From positions 839-64,838 of the forward strand of contig CAIKXY010000005.1 in assembly GCA_903831595.1 (NCBI GenBank): 64,000 nt of DNA, read 5' to 3'. How positions within the stretch are numbered: the stretch's first letter is position 1; every line of letters begins with the position of its first letter. Origin of the DNA: an uncultured bacterium. GTDB taxonomy: Bacteria; Patescibacteriota; Minisyncoccia; Phycocordibacterales; GWA1-40-21. A program made the translations under genes and the position numbers. Shown here in pieces: positions 25,466-35,670 of the stretch. The notes under the pieces are model-generated. The model was given only the letters and a program-made list of their open reading frames with translations, did no database searches and was not told the DNA's origin.

Positions 25466-27187
25466 ATGAATATATTAGAAAATTTAGTAAATAAAAATAT
25501 AATTAGCAAATCTGACTCTATCAAGATAGAAAAACAAGTAAATGCTTCTGACAAAACAGTTGAACAGGTTCTGGAAGAAATTGGAATTCCTACAAAAACT
25601 GTCCTTGATGTCAAATCAGAGTATTATAATGTACCCTTGTTTAATTTAGATGGTTACACAGTACCTTTTTCAATACTAAAATATATATCTGAAGATGCAG
25701 CCGATCATTATAGATTTGTGCCACTTGCTATAAAAGATAACGTGCTCGAAATTGGTATGGTTGACCCAGACAATATTGAATCAAGAGATGCGCTAACCTT
25801 CATTTTGAGTAAGTTGAATATGCCATATAAAATATACGTTATTTTGGAAAAAGATTTTAAGAAAGTGGCCGAAAGTTACAAGGGACTATCTGGGGAAGTC
25901 AGCAGAGCTCTTACAGAAATTGATACAAATATAGACGATGATTTAGATGCAGTTGAAATATTGAAAAGCGATAGTTCAAGTTTTGGAAAAATTGAGACAA
26001 AAATTATTGAAGATGCTCCAGTTACAAAAATTGTTGCGACTATTCTTCGTTATGCAACTGATGGTAATGCCTCAGATGTGCACATTGAACACATGAAGGA
26101 CAAAGTGAGGGTAAGATTTCGAGTTGATGGCATTCTAAATACTAGCTTGGTACTTCCAACCGAAGTACATTCTGCGGTTGTTGCAAGAATCAAAATTCTT
26201 TCTAACATGAAACTTGATGAAAAAAGAAAACCGCAAGATGGAAGATTCTCAGCAAAAATAGAAGGAAGAAAAGTAGATTTTAGAGTATCAACTTTCCCGG
26301 CATATTACGGAGAAAAAGTTGTGATGAGAATTTTAGACCAAGAAAAAGGGGTTCAACCTTTGGACCAGATGATGCTTTCTCCTAGACATTTAAAAATGAT
26401 TCGAGAAGCGATGACGAGGCCATACGGTATGATTCTTATTTCTGGCCCAACTGGTTCTGGTAAAACGACGACTCTTTATGCCATGTTGAATGAAATAAAT
26501 AAAGATGAGAAAAATGTTTTAAGTCTGGAAGATCCAATAGAATATAACATTGAAGGCATGAGCCAATCACAAGTTTTCCCAGAGATCGGGTATGATTTCG
26601 CAAGTGGTTTAAGAACTACACTTAGGCAAGATCCAGATGTTATCATGGTTGGGGAAATCAGAGACAAAGAAACTGCACAACTTGCTGTTCAGGCTGCTTT
26701 GACCGGACACTTAGTCTTTTCAACAATACACACAAATACAGCCTGTGGAGTTATTCCAAGACTTATTGATATGGGAGTTGATCCTTATCTTATTTCGCCG
26801 ACACTTATTTTGACTATGGCACAAAGATTGGTAAGCAAAATTTGTCCGGACACTGGGAAACCAATGCCGATTGAAGGAAGTTTAAAAACAATGGTGGAAA
26901 AACAATTTGCTGATTTACCAGATGGATACAGAGATGAAATCCCTAAAGTAAAAGAAATCCTTGAAGCCGAACCAACAGCTCAATGTCCATCGGGTACTCG
27001 TGGGAGAGTCGCTGTATTTGAAATGTTTAAAATGAATCCAGAAATTGAGCAGATTATATTACATAATCCAATAGAATCAGAGGTATATAAAATCGCTAGA
27101 AAAAACGGTCTTGTCACAATGAAAGAGGATGCTATTATTAAAGCTATGCAAAAAATTATTCCTTTCCAGGAAGTTAATGAACTATAA
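25466..27187 (+). CDS. pilB: Type IV pilus assembly ATPase PilB (GspE family)
   Basis: Walker A SGPTGSGKTTTLYAML, Asp box, His box, tetracysteine-like CPDTG...CPSG region; 573 aa. Confidence 0.9.
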   Translation: MNILENLVNKNIISKSDSIKIEKQVNASDKTVEQVLEEIGIPTKTVLDVKSEYYNVPLFNLDGYTVPFSILKYISEDAADHYRFVPLAIKDNVLEIGMVDPDNIESRDALTFILSKLNMPYKIYVILEKDFKKVAESYKGLSGEVSRALTEIDTNIDDDLDAVEILKSDSSSFGKIETKIIEDAPVTKIVATILRYATDGNASDVHIEHMKDKVRVRFRVDGILNTSLVLPTEVHSAVVARIKILSNMKLDEKRKPQDGRFSAKIEGRKVDFRVSTFPAYYGEKVVMRILDQEKGVQPLDQMMLSPRHLKMIREAMTRPYGMILISGPTGSGKTTTLYAMLNEINKDEKNVLSLEDPIEYNIEGMSQSQVFPEIGYDFASGLRTTLRQDPDVIMVGEIRDKETAQLAVQAALTGHLVFSTIHTNTACGVIPRLIDMGVDPYLISPTLILTMAQRLVSKICPDTGKPMPIEGSLKTMVEKQFADLPDGYRDEIPKVKEILEAEPTAQCPSGTRGRVAVFEMFKMNPEIEQIILHNPIESEVYKIARKNGLVTMKEDAIIKAMQKIIPFQEVNEL

Positions 27188-27193
27188 AATATT

Positions 27194-27571
27194 ATGAATG
27201 ATAAAAATAAAATTTTGCTAGTTGATGATGATTCCTTCTTGCTTAGCATGTATTCAATGAAATTTGAAAAAAGTGGATTTGAGGTTAAAGCAGCAACAAA
27301 TGGTACAGAGGCAATCGACTTATTAAAAAATGGATACAAGCCGGATGTCTTAATTATGGATTTAGTTATGCCAATAATGGATGGTTTTACACTTTACGAA
27401 AATGTAAAAAAAGAAAACTTAGCTCCTGGGGCTCTTGCTGTAATGCTTACAAATCAGAGCACGGCTGCAGATATAAATAGGGCCAAAGAATTAGGTGTAA
27501 GTAGTTTTATTGTAAAGGCTACAACTATACCATCTGAAGTTGTTGATGAAGTAAAAAAGATAATAAAATAG
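27194..27571 (+). CDS. Single-domain response regulator (CheY-like receiver, PilH-like)
   Basis: ILLVDDDSFLLSM...DVLIMDLVMPIMDGFTL...; phospho-acceptor Asp and conserved Lys context; 125 aa. Confidence 0.8.
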   Translation: MNDKNKILLVDDDSFLLSMYSMKFEKSGFEVKAATNGTEAIDLLKNGYKPDVLIMDLVMPIMDGFTLYENVKKENLAPGALAVMLTNQSTAADINRAKELGVSSFIVKATTIPSEVVDEVKKIIK

Positions 27572-27709
27572 TTTATTTTGTATGTAAATAAATTGTTTTT
27601 ATTGTATAATAGTAAGGTAACAATAAAATATTAAGAAATATTTTAATAATTAATTCAGCCCAGCTAGATATTAAAAGTCGCATAATAATTAATAGCCAAA
27701 ATTTTTATA

Positions 27710-28774
27710 ATGATGGATTACAAGAAAGAATTAAATGATTTAATAAAAACTGTATTTCAAGAAGGTGCTTCTGATTTACACCTTTCTGAGGGTAAGAGAC
27801 CAACCATTAGAGTTTCTGGTATGCTTTTGCCACTTGTAAAAAGAGATATTATAACAAACGAAGCCATTAGTGGTATTTTATCTGAGCTAGTCACAAAAGA
27901 AAATAAAGAATATTTTTTGAAAAATAAAGAATTAGATTTTTCATATGGTACGGACAATGGAGAAAGATTCAGAGGAAATGCTTACTTCCAACAGGGGATG
28001 ATTAGTATTGCACTTAGGTTGATATCAAAAAAAATTAGAGGGCTAAATGAATTAAATCTTCCAGATATATTAAAATCATTTGCCGACAAGCCACAAGGTT
28101 TTTTCTTGGTAGTCGGACCAGTTGGTCATGGAAAAACAACAACACTTGCTGCAATGATAGAAAGCATTAATGAAAGTCGTGCTGAACACATAATTACCAT
28201 TGAAGATCCAATAGAATATATTTATGAACCAAAGAAATCTATTATAGACCAAAGGGAGGTTAGAATAGATACGGAGGATTTCCAAAGTGCTATGAAAAGC
28301 ATGTTTCGAGAAGATGTTGACGTTGCACTTATAGGTGAGATGAGAGGTCCGGAAACTATTTCTACTGCGGTTACCGCTGCTGAAACAGGACATTTAGTTT
28401 TTTCAACGTTACATACAAATGGTGCTGCACAAACAATTAGTAGGATTATTGACTCATTTCCAGGTGAACAGCAAGAACAAATTAGAATACAACTTGCTGG
28501 AAGTTTGACTGGTATTTTTTCACAAAGACTTGTTCCAAGAATTTCAGGCGGTTTGATCCCAGCATATGAATTACTAATAAATAATAATGCGGTTGCAAAT
28601 TTGATTAGAGAAAATAGAATTCATGAAATAAATTCCGTTATAGAAACTTCATCTCAAGATGGGATGATAGATATGAACCGATGTTTGGCAGAGTTGGTGG
28701 CAAAGGGAGAAATAACTGTAGAAAGCGCATACACATTTTCTACAGATGCAAAGATTCTTGAAAGAATGATGTAA
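27710..28774 (+). CDS. pilT: Twitching motility / pilus retraction ATPase PilT
   Basis: GPVGHGKTTTLAAMIE, AIRNLIRE-like ANLIRENRIHEI; 354 aa. Confidence 0.9.
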   Translation: MMDYKKELNDLIKTVFQEGASDLHLSEGKRPTIRVSGMLLPLVKRDIITNEAISGILSELVTKENKEYFLKNKELDFSYGTDNGERFRGNAYFQQGMISIALRLISKKIRGLNELNLPDILKSFADKPQGFFLVVGPVGHGKTTTLAAMIESINESRAEHIITIEDPIEYIYEPKKSIIDQREVRIDTEDFQSAMKSMFREDVDVALIGEMRGPETISTAVTAAETGHLVFSTLHTNGAAQTISRIIDSFPGEQQEQIRIQLAGSLTGIFSQRLVPRISGGLIPAYELLINNNAVANLIRENRIHEINSVIETSSQDGMIDMNRCLAELVAKGEITVESAYTFSTDAKILERMM

Positions 28775-28788
28775 ATAATAATACAAAA

Positions 28789-29997
28789 ATGACATTTAAA
28801 TACAAAGCTTTAGACCAAAATAATTCACAAAAAGACGGTGTTATTGAAGCCGTTAGTATCGATGTAGCAATTGACGCTTTACAAAAAAGAGGATTGTCAA
28901 TCGTATCGATCAAACCAGAAGAAGAATCAAAAGGTGGTTTGTTTGGAGACATATCTTTATTTGAGAGGGTTTCCAATAAAGATGTTGTTATTCTTTCTAG
29001 ACAAATGGCAACATTGTTTGAAGCTCAAGTGCCAGCGCTTCGGGTCTTTCAGCTATTGGCTACGCAATCAGAAAATAAATTATTAAGAAGAAGACTCAAA
29101 GAAGTTGTGGATGATTTGCAGGGAGGTAATAGCATTTCCGCTTCATTGGCCAAACACCCAGATGTTTTTTCTCCGTTTTATATAAACATGGTAAAGTCAG
29201 GTGAAGAATCAGGAAAGCTTGATCAAACCTTTATTTATCTTGCTGACCACTTAGAAAGAACATACGAAGTGACTTCCAAGGTAAAAACAGCACTTATATA
29301 TCCAGCTTTCGTTATTTTTACTTTTGTAGCTGTTATGGTGCTTATGCTTGTAGTAGTTATACCAAAAATCAGCGGAATATTAAAAGATTCAGGTCAGGCT
29401 GTTCCGGTTTACACCAAAATTGTTATGGGTCTTTCGGATTTTTTTGTTAGTTACGGAATATTTTTACTTATCGGTATTATCATTGGGGGTTTCTTCCTAT
29501 GGAGATATTTACGTACCGAAAAAGGTAGATTAGCATTTGATGATTTAAAAATATCAACACCAGTTATAAAAAATCTATATTCAAAGCTCTATCTTTCGAG
29601 AATTGCCGACAACATGAATACAATGCTTGCATCTGGTATTCCTATGGTCAGGGGTTTAGATTTGACTGCTTCAGTTGTAGACAATTTAGTTTTTAAAAAC
29701 ATTTTGGATAAAACCTCTGAAGATGTAAAAGGTGGGAGTTCGGTATCTGGCGCGTTAGAAAAACACGATAAAATTCCTGGGATCTTTGTTCAGATGGTGA
29801 AGATTGGAGAGGAAACAGGACAGCTTGGAAATATTTTAAAAACGTTAGCAAATTTTTACAGAAGAGAGGTTACGAATTCTATCGATTCAATCGTAAGTCT
29901 TATTGAGCCAGCAATGATTGTGCTTTTGGGTCTTGGTGTCGCCTTCTTGCTCGCCTCAGTTCTCGTACCTATTTATAGTATATCTTCGGGGATGTAG
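28789..29997 (+). CDS. pilC: Type IV pilus inner-membrane platform protein PilC (GspF family)
   Basis: Two GspF repeats, 3 TM, 402 aa. Confidence 0.85.
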   Translation: MTFKYKALDQNNSQKDGVIEAVSIDVAIDALQKRGLSIVSIKPEEESKGGLFGDISLFERVSNKDVVILSRQMATLFEAQVPALRVFQLLATQSENKLLRRRLKEVVDDLQGGNSISASLAKHPDVFSPFYINMVKSGEESGKLDQTFIYLADHLERTYEVTSKVKTALIYPAFVIFTFVAVMVLMLVVVIPKISGILKDSGQAVPVYTKIVMGLSDFFVSYGIFLLIGIIIGGFFLWRYLRTEKGRLAFDDLKISTPVIKNLYSKLYLSRIADNMNTMLASGIPMVRGLDLTASVVDNLVFKNILDKTSEDVKGGSSVSGALEKHDKIPGIFVQMVKIGEETGQLGNILKTLANFYRREVTNSIDSIVSLIEPAMIVLLGLGVAFLLASVLVPIYSISSGM

Positions 29998-30418
29998 GCT
30001 CGCCCGTTTTCTACTTTTTTAAACATGAAAATTTTTTGCTAAAAATTTTCTCTGCTCGTCGTCACCACTCCTACGAAGGTTTTAAAAATGAGATAACTCG
30101 CTCGCTAGTGGAAATGTGTTTAGCCCTGCGGAACAATTATGAAGAGATGTATATAAAAAACATAATCAAACCTTATTTGACGAGGGTCCTCAAAATTCAT
30201 AATCGCTTTGCTCATTGAATTTTAGAACTTATCCACACCCCTTTTCTTTTTTTATACTGAGGGTGTATAATATATAAGTAAACTTAATCTCTAGGCATAG
30301 AGATTGAAATGTTTTTGACGGAAGTATTCTACCTTGAGCAAGTATGAAGATGGCCGAATACAAAACATAAGTTAAATTTATTAGTGAATTGATTTTTATC
30401 GATAAAAATTAAAAAATT

Positions 30419-30886
30419 ATGAAAAAAGGTTTTACATTAATTGAACTTTTGGTGGTCATTGCCATCATCGGTATTCTTTCTTCTGTCGTCTTGGCTTCTT
30501 TGAATACTGCAAGAAGTAAGGGTAATGATGCTGCAACCCAATCACAATTGGCTGGGGCTCGTGCTCAGGCCGAAATTTTTGCGAATGGTGGTTCTTACGG
30601 CGGAGTTTGTGCTGCTACAGCAGCAAGTAATGGTTTGGCTGGTATTTTGGCTGGTGCCGCAAACAGTTCTGGTGCAACTGTCCAGATTCATTCTGCAAAT
30701 CCTCCAGCACTGGCCGGAGGTGCAGCATATGTTACTTGTCATGATACGGCTAGTGCAGTCGCATCAGCATGGGTAGCGGAAGCTCCACTTAAGGGCCAGA
30801 CTGGTAAATACTGGTGTGTAGACAGTACGGGAGCTAGCAGACTAGAGAGTGCGCCTATGGTTGCTAATGCAACATCCTGTATATAA
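30419..30886 (+). CDS. pilA: Major type IV pilin (class III prepilin signal)
   Basis: MKKGFTLIELLVVIAIIGILSSVVLASL: G-1/F+1/E+5 prepilin motif. Cys pair near the C-terminus (CHDT...CVDST). 155 aa, Ala/Gly-rich. Confidence 0.8.
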   Translation: MKKGFTLIELLVVIAIIGILSSVVLASLNTARSKGNDAATQSQLAGARAQAEIFANGGSYGGVCAATAASNGLAGILAGAANSSGATVQIHSANPPALAGGAAYVTCHDTASAVASAWVAEAPLKGQTGKYWCVDSTGASRLESAPMVANATSCI

Positions 30887-30918
30887 AATTTAGCGAGTTT
30901 CAGATTCAAAGTAAACAA

Positions 30919-30941
30919 AAACCGCCAAAGGCGGTTTTTGT
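30919..30941 (+). terminator. Intrinsic terminator after pilA
   Basis: aaaaccgccaaaggcggtttttg. Confidence 0.5.
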
Positions 30942-31144
30942 TTTCATTTTTTTAATAAAAAAGTTATAATTCACCCGTAAAGTTTTTGTCAACTTTATTG
31001 AATATTGGGATTTTTCTATTATTACGCTTAACAAATAATATGTTATAATTTACTCAAGTTTAGATAGTCGCAAAAACATAGAATTTGTCCTTATACCAAC
31101 TTCAGCCTTAGAGTTTATAAATAAAAATTAAGTAATTCACATTT

Positions 31145-31720
31145 ATGATTATTGACTCAGTAAAACCTATTGTAAAATACCAAAATCATTCTAAAAGAAT
31201 GAGAGTAAAGTTGGTACGCGGATTTACTTTAGTAGAAATAATAATTGTTATTGCTATTATGGCTGTTTTGACAGCTGTTGTATATTCTTCCTTTGATGCT
31301 TCAAAAGCTCAGAGTAGAGACCGGCAAAGAGTTTCAGATATTAGTGTTATTCAGCTTGCACTTGAACAATATTTTAATAAAAATGGTGTATACCCAGTAA
31401 CTTTGGGGGAACTAAAAAATCCAGACAGAACCACCGGTAAAGCATATTTATCAGAAATACCACAAGGTCCAACCGCAGCAGATGAATATAGCAGTAGTTA
31501 TTTTCCAATAACAAAGACAAAAGACTCTGACAAATGTATTTCCTACCAATTATGGACTCAATTTGAGAGGAATAATTCATATCTAAATTCAAAAAAGGGG
31601 TTTGACTCGGTTCATTTACCTACATCTTTTTTTGAATGTGTCGGCGAGGATAACACTACTCATAACAGTATAAGTGCATCATCACCTGAAAATACTTTGG
31701 TTTATGATGTAATGCCATAA
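31145..31720 (+). CDS. Minor pilin / prepilin-type N-terminal cleavage-methylation domain protein
   Basis: RGFTLVEIIIVIAIMAVLTAVV; the real start is probably the internal Met of MRVKLVRGFTLVEII (~31199). Confidence 0.6.
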   Translation: MIIDSVKPIVKYQNHSKRMRVKLVRGFTLVEIIIVIAIMAVLTAVVYSSFDASKAQSRDRQRVSDISVIQLALEQYFNKNGVYPVTLGELKNPDRTTGKAYLSEIPQGPTAADEYSSSYFPITKTKDSDKCISYQLWTQFERNNSYLNSKKGFDSVHLPTSFFECVGEDNTTHNSISASSPENTLVYDVMP

Positions 31721-31723
31721 AAA

Positions 31724-32518
31724 ATGTTACTAACAAACATAATTATTATTTTTATATTTGGAACAATAATCGGCAGTTTTCTCAATGTCTTTGTTATTAG
31801 ATATAACACTGGCGTGTCTTTTGTAACAGGGAGATCACGATGTCTCTCTTGCAGTAAAGATTTGCATTGGTATGAACTTCTACCACTATTTAGTTTTTTG
31901 ATGCTTCGAGGGAAATGTTTGAAGTGTAAAAGTAAAATTTCGTACCAATATCCTATTGTTGAAGGACTCACGGGAATAATTTTTACAGGAATATTTTTGA
32001 CTTTTGGTCTGATACCAATCTTGCCCCTATATTTAATCGTTGCGTCTTTGCTTATCGCTATGTCGGTATACGATTTTAAACATAAGATTATTCCAGATGG
32101 AATGGTCTATACTTTCGTTGCCATGTCTTTTATTGTTATGTGTCTTACGCACCCATTAGGACAATTATTTAGCTTACCTCTATCTTTAGATTTACTCGCC
32201 GGACCTATTCTTTTTGCCTTTTTTGCGTTTTTTTGGCTTGTGTCGGGTGGAAAATGGATGGGATTTGGTGATGCGAAGCTTGCACTTGGAGTCGGGTTTT
32301 TATTAGGATTTTCCGGTGGAACGTTTGCAATAATGCTTGCGTTTTGGGTTGGCGCGATATTTAGTTTGATAATAATTTTTTTACAAAAAATAAAAATATC
32401 AAATCTTAAGTTATCATTAAAAAGTGAAATACCATTTGCTCCATTTATAATATTTGGTATTTTTATACAACTTTTAACTTCTTTGAGTTTCCAGAGTTTA
32501 ATAAATTTTATAAAATAG
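31724..32518 (+). CDS. pilD: Prepilin peptidase PilD (A24 family)
   Basis: Zn-binding CLSCSKDL...CLKCKSK tetracysteine, 6-8 TM, catalytic Asp context (VYDFKHKIIPD, GFGDAKL). Confidence 0.8.
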   Translation: MLLTNIIIIFIFGTIIGSFLNVFVIRYNTGVSFVTGRSRCLSCSKDLHWYELLPLFSFLMLRGKCLKCKSKISYQYPIVEGLTGIIFTGIFLTFGLIPILPLYLIVASLLIAMSVYDFKHKIIPDGMVYTFVAMSFIVMCLTHPLGQLFSLPLSLDLLAGPILFAFFAFFWLVSGGKWMGFGDAKLALGVGFLLGFSGGTFAIMLAFWVGAIFSLIIIFLQKIKISNLKLSLKSEIPFAPFIIFGIFIQLLTSLSFQSLINFIK

Positions 32519-32519
32519 C

Positions 32520-33173
32520 ATGCTTAGTTTTTATAAAAAACAAAAAATAAATAAGAAAACCGGGTTTACTTTAGTTGAGTTGTTAGTTACTATTACTATC
32601 TTTGTAATACTTTCAGGTGTTGTTTTGATTAATTCAAATTCATTTGATAGTACAGTTTTGTTAAATAATTTTAGTTATGACATCGCACTAACAATTAAAC
32701 AAGCACAATCATACGGGGTAAATGTTAGAGAGGATAATTCTGGAAATTTCAGCTCGTCAACGGGCGTCTATTTTAACACAAAGATTGACCAGTCGGGATA
32801 TGGTAGTCTCATGAATTTTATACTTTTTACAGATATTGATAATGATAAAATTTATAAAAATCAAAATGTAAACGTTTGTGTTATGGGGGGTATTGGAAAC
32901 CTTGAATGTATCCAAAAATATTCTATGAGAAACGGTACTCACATAGATAGTATTTGTGCAGGAAAAGATGATAGCACTTGTGATAACAATATCACAGCGC
33001 TCTCAATAATATTTACAAGACCAAGCCTAGCGGCAAATATATATATAGATAATGAACCCCAACAAATTCCAGATAATAGAAAGAATTATGCTAAAATTAC
33101 TCTCGCAGCCTCAAGTGGGGCGACAACGAGTGTGGTTGTTACTTCTGCTGGACAAATATATGTAAAAAAGTAG
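32520..33173 (+). CDS. Minor pilin-like protein
   Basis: KTGFTLVELLVTITIFVILSGVVL prepilin motif. Confidence 0.6.
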   Translation: MLSFYKKQKINKKTGFTLVELLVTITIFVILSGVVLINSNSFDSTVLLNNFSYDIALTIKQAQSYGVNVREDNSGNFSSSTGVYFNTKIDQSGYGSLMNFILFTDIDNDKIYKNQNVNVCVMGGIGNLECIQKYSMRNGTHIDSICAGKDDSTCDNNITALSIIFTRPSLAANIYIDNEPQQIPDNRKNYAKITLAASSGATTSVVVTSAGQIYVKK

Positions 33174-33188
33174 AAACTAATAAATTAA

Positions 33189-33785
33189 ATGGTAAAAACA
33201 AAATCAAAAAATAATAAAAACTCTGGGTTTTCACTTGTTGAAATGCTTGTGGCAATTGCAGTATTTATGTCTATTATGACCATAGCTATAAGTGCACTCA
33301 TTACGATTATTAGTGCAAATAAAAAAGCCCAAGCGATAAAAAATACTGTTGATAGTGTGAATTTTGCTATGGAAACTATTTCTAGAGACATGAGAGTTGG
33401 TACGAATTATAGTTGCATCGTCGAAGGCACTGCAAAAGGAGATTGTCCTGAGGGCAGCAATTCTGTTCAATATACAAACAGCGAAGAAAAAACAATTGTG
33501 TACACATTTAATAAAGACACTGGGTTACCGGTGATTTCAGAAACAAAACCTGATTTGCCTGACCCCACAGCTCTTATTTCAAGAGACTCAAATATAAATA
33601 TTGATAATATGACCTTTTATGTTATTGGGGCAAATTGTGAATCGGGGACAGGTGATACCTGTGAAGGCAAAAAAACTCAACCAAGGGTTATTATAGATAT
33701 TTCAGGAAGAGTTTCAATAAATGGTAGTAGTGATGTATCAACGTTCGATTTACAAACGAGTATTTCCCAAAGGTCAAGACAATAA
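33189..33785 (+). CDS. Minor pilin-like protein
   Basis: NSGFSLVEMLVAIAVFMSIMTIAI prepilin motif. Confidence 0.6.
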   Translation: MVKTKSKNNKNSGFSLVEMLVAIAVFMSIMTIAISALITIISANKKAQAIKNTVDSVNFAMETISRDMRVGTNYSCIVEGTAKGDCPEGSNSVQYTNSEEKTIVYTFNKDTGLPVISETKPDLPDPTALISRDSNINIDNMTFYVIGANCESGTGDTCEGKKTQPRVIIDISGRVSINGSSDVSTFDLQTSISQRSRQ

Positions 33786-33789
33786 AACA

Positions 33790-34482
33790 ATGAAATATTT
33801 TTCAATACAAAATTATAAAGATAATATTAATCGCTATTTAAGAAGTCATACTAGTAGTGCTGCGGGTTTTACACTTGTAGAATCGCTTGTCGCAATTTCG
33901 ATTCTTATGATCGCCATTGCGAGCCCAATGTATTTGGCACAAAAAAGTTTGTCTAGTGCGACTTTATCCAAAGACCAAATGGTGGCAACTTTCTTAGCGC
34001 AAGATGCAATCGAAGCAGTAAGAAACATAAGAGATCAGATAGCTGTGAGTTCAACTGGGGGAGATTGGTTAGGAACATTATTATCCCCATGTATTTGTAC
34101 AAGTCCCGCAGGTTGTAATTTTGATTCTCTAAATGTAGAACTTTGTGTTATTGATTCTACAACTCCAAATTGGAATGCTTCTAGTATATATAGACCAAAT
34201 AAATTATCTGATGCAATACTAAAAATTTCAAATAGTATTGGTGGAAATTTTCTAAAATATGATTATAATTTAGAAAATTTGCCATCATGTGTAAATAACC
34301 CAAATACAAATTGTAGTATGGATTCAAAATTTACTAGATATATAAATATTAAAAAGGATCCAGCAAATTCTGGAAATCAAAATGAAGCGGTTGTAAACGT
34401 TAGAGTTTCCTGGGATTCTTCACTAGGCCCACAAAAAGTAGATATTCAAGATTTTTTATATAATTTTTCTGAAAATTTATAA
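33790..34482 (+). CDS. Minor pilin-like protein (start re-called at the internal ATG ~33790)
   Basis: AAGFTLVESLVAISILMIAIASPM prepilin motif. The track ORF start at 33721 overlaps the upstream gene in another frame. Confidence 0.55.
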   Translation: MKYFSIQNYKDNINRYLRSHTSSAAGFTLVESLVAISILMIAIASPMYLAQKSLSSATLSKDQMVATFLAQDAIEAVRNIRDQIAVSSTGGDWLGTLLSPCICTSPAGCNFDSLNVELCVIDSTTPNWNASSIYRPNKLSDAILKISNSIGGNFLKYDYNLENLPSCVNNPNTNCSMDSKFTRYINIKKDPANSGNQNEAVVNVRVSWDSSLGPQKVDIQDFLYNFSENL

Positions 34483-34676
34483 ACTGGTTTTGTTCCAACA
34501 ATGTACATGAATAAAATATTTAAACAATAATTATTGGCATATAATATTTATACTATTGCTTTACTTTAATATTAGTTGTATAGTATGAGAAGGTATGTTT
34601 CTATTTTTAAATAAGAACACATGAAGTTCTTTGTAAATTATTATCAAATTTGATTTTATAAGCCAAAGGAGGCTTT

Positions 34677-35573
34677 ATGAAAAAAATAGTATTAATAATT
34701 CTATCTTTTTTATTTATTGTTGGATGTAATAAAAACATTGCCGGACCACAGATACTGACATCAGTCAGCATATCTCCGAACAATGTTTCAGTTGTTATCG
34801 GTGGGACTCTACAGTTTACTGCAACAGCAAAAGACCAAGGCGGGAATCAGATGAGCGCAACTTTTGTTTGGACAAGTTCAAACAATGCAGTTGCTACCAT
34901 TGATTCGAACGGTTTGCTTACCGCTGTGTCTGCGGGAGTAATAACTATTTCAGTAGCGGCTGGTGGAAGCGTAACCAATTCTACGTCAGTTACGGTGACG
35001 ACAGCTACACCAGTACTAACATCTTTTACTATTACCCCACTTAACACATCTGTTGCAGTTGGGGGAACAGTTCAATATGTTGGTTATCCAAAAGACCAAT
35101 ATGGAAATAATTTCAATACGACGGTAAGTTGGGCAAGTTCAAATATAACTGTGGGGACAATAAGTCAAACGGGAGGTTTATTTTCAGGAGTTTCAGCAGG
35201 AATAAGTACAATAACTGGAACGGCGGGTGGAACTGTATCAGCAACAACAAATGTTACCGTAACTTCTTCAAGTCTTCACAATTACCAACTATTTGTCACT
35301 GGAACTACAGATAGTTCAATTGACATATGTGTTGGTAAGAGACTTAAAGTTGAGACAAAGACATGGGTAAGGACGACTTACTCAATTGATTCAGCACATT
35401 CTTATATTTGGAGTTCCGATGTAGTACAAATAGACGAAGTGACCGAGAAGTTTCATATGGAAGGGGTATGCGCAGCACAGGCTACTTCATTAGTTATATA
35501 TCGAGATGGAGTATCAGTTTCTACGGGTAATACTCCAGCAGGAGTGGTGTTTTTTTGGAACTCTATAAATTAG
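34677..35573 (+). CDS. Lipoprotein with tandem bacterial Ig-like (Big_2) domains
   Basis: Lipobox LFIVGC. Three repeats of the ...VSISPNNVSVVIGGTLQFTATAKDQGGN...WTSSNNAVATIDSNGLLTAVSAGVITI... type. Within the pilus locus; possible pilus-associated adhesin. Confidence 0.55.
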   Translation: MKKIVLIILSFLFIVGCNKNIAGPQILTSVSISPNNVSVVIGGTLQFTATAKDQGGNQMSATFVWTSSNNAVATIDSNGLLTAVSAGVITISVAAGGSVTNSTSVTVTTATPVLTSFTITPLNTSVAVGGTVQYVGYPKDQYGNNFNTTVSWASSNITVGTISQTGGLFSGVSAGISTITGTAGGTVSATTNVTVTSSSLHNYQLFVTGTTDSSIDICVGKRLKVETKTWVRTTYSIDSAHSYIWSSDVVQIDEVTEKFHMEGVCAAQATSLVIYRDGVSVSTGNTPAGVVFFWNSIN

Positions 35574-35670
35574 TAGTTCCTGGGCCGGGTAGTTTAATCG
35601 CTACTCGGCTCTTTCTTTTGTTTTTTTATAATAAAAAAGTTATAATTGAGTCGTAAATCAGTCGTATTTT

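Noticed and set aside
30036-30218. 60-aa ORF between pilC and pilA
   Set aside because: No RBS. It lies in what looks like the pilA promoter/leader region (TATAAT and the AATCTCTAGGCATAGAGATT palindrome). Probably non-coding.
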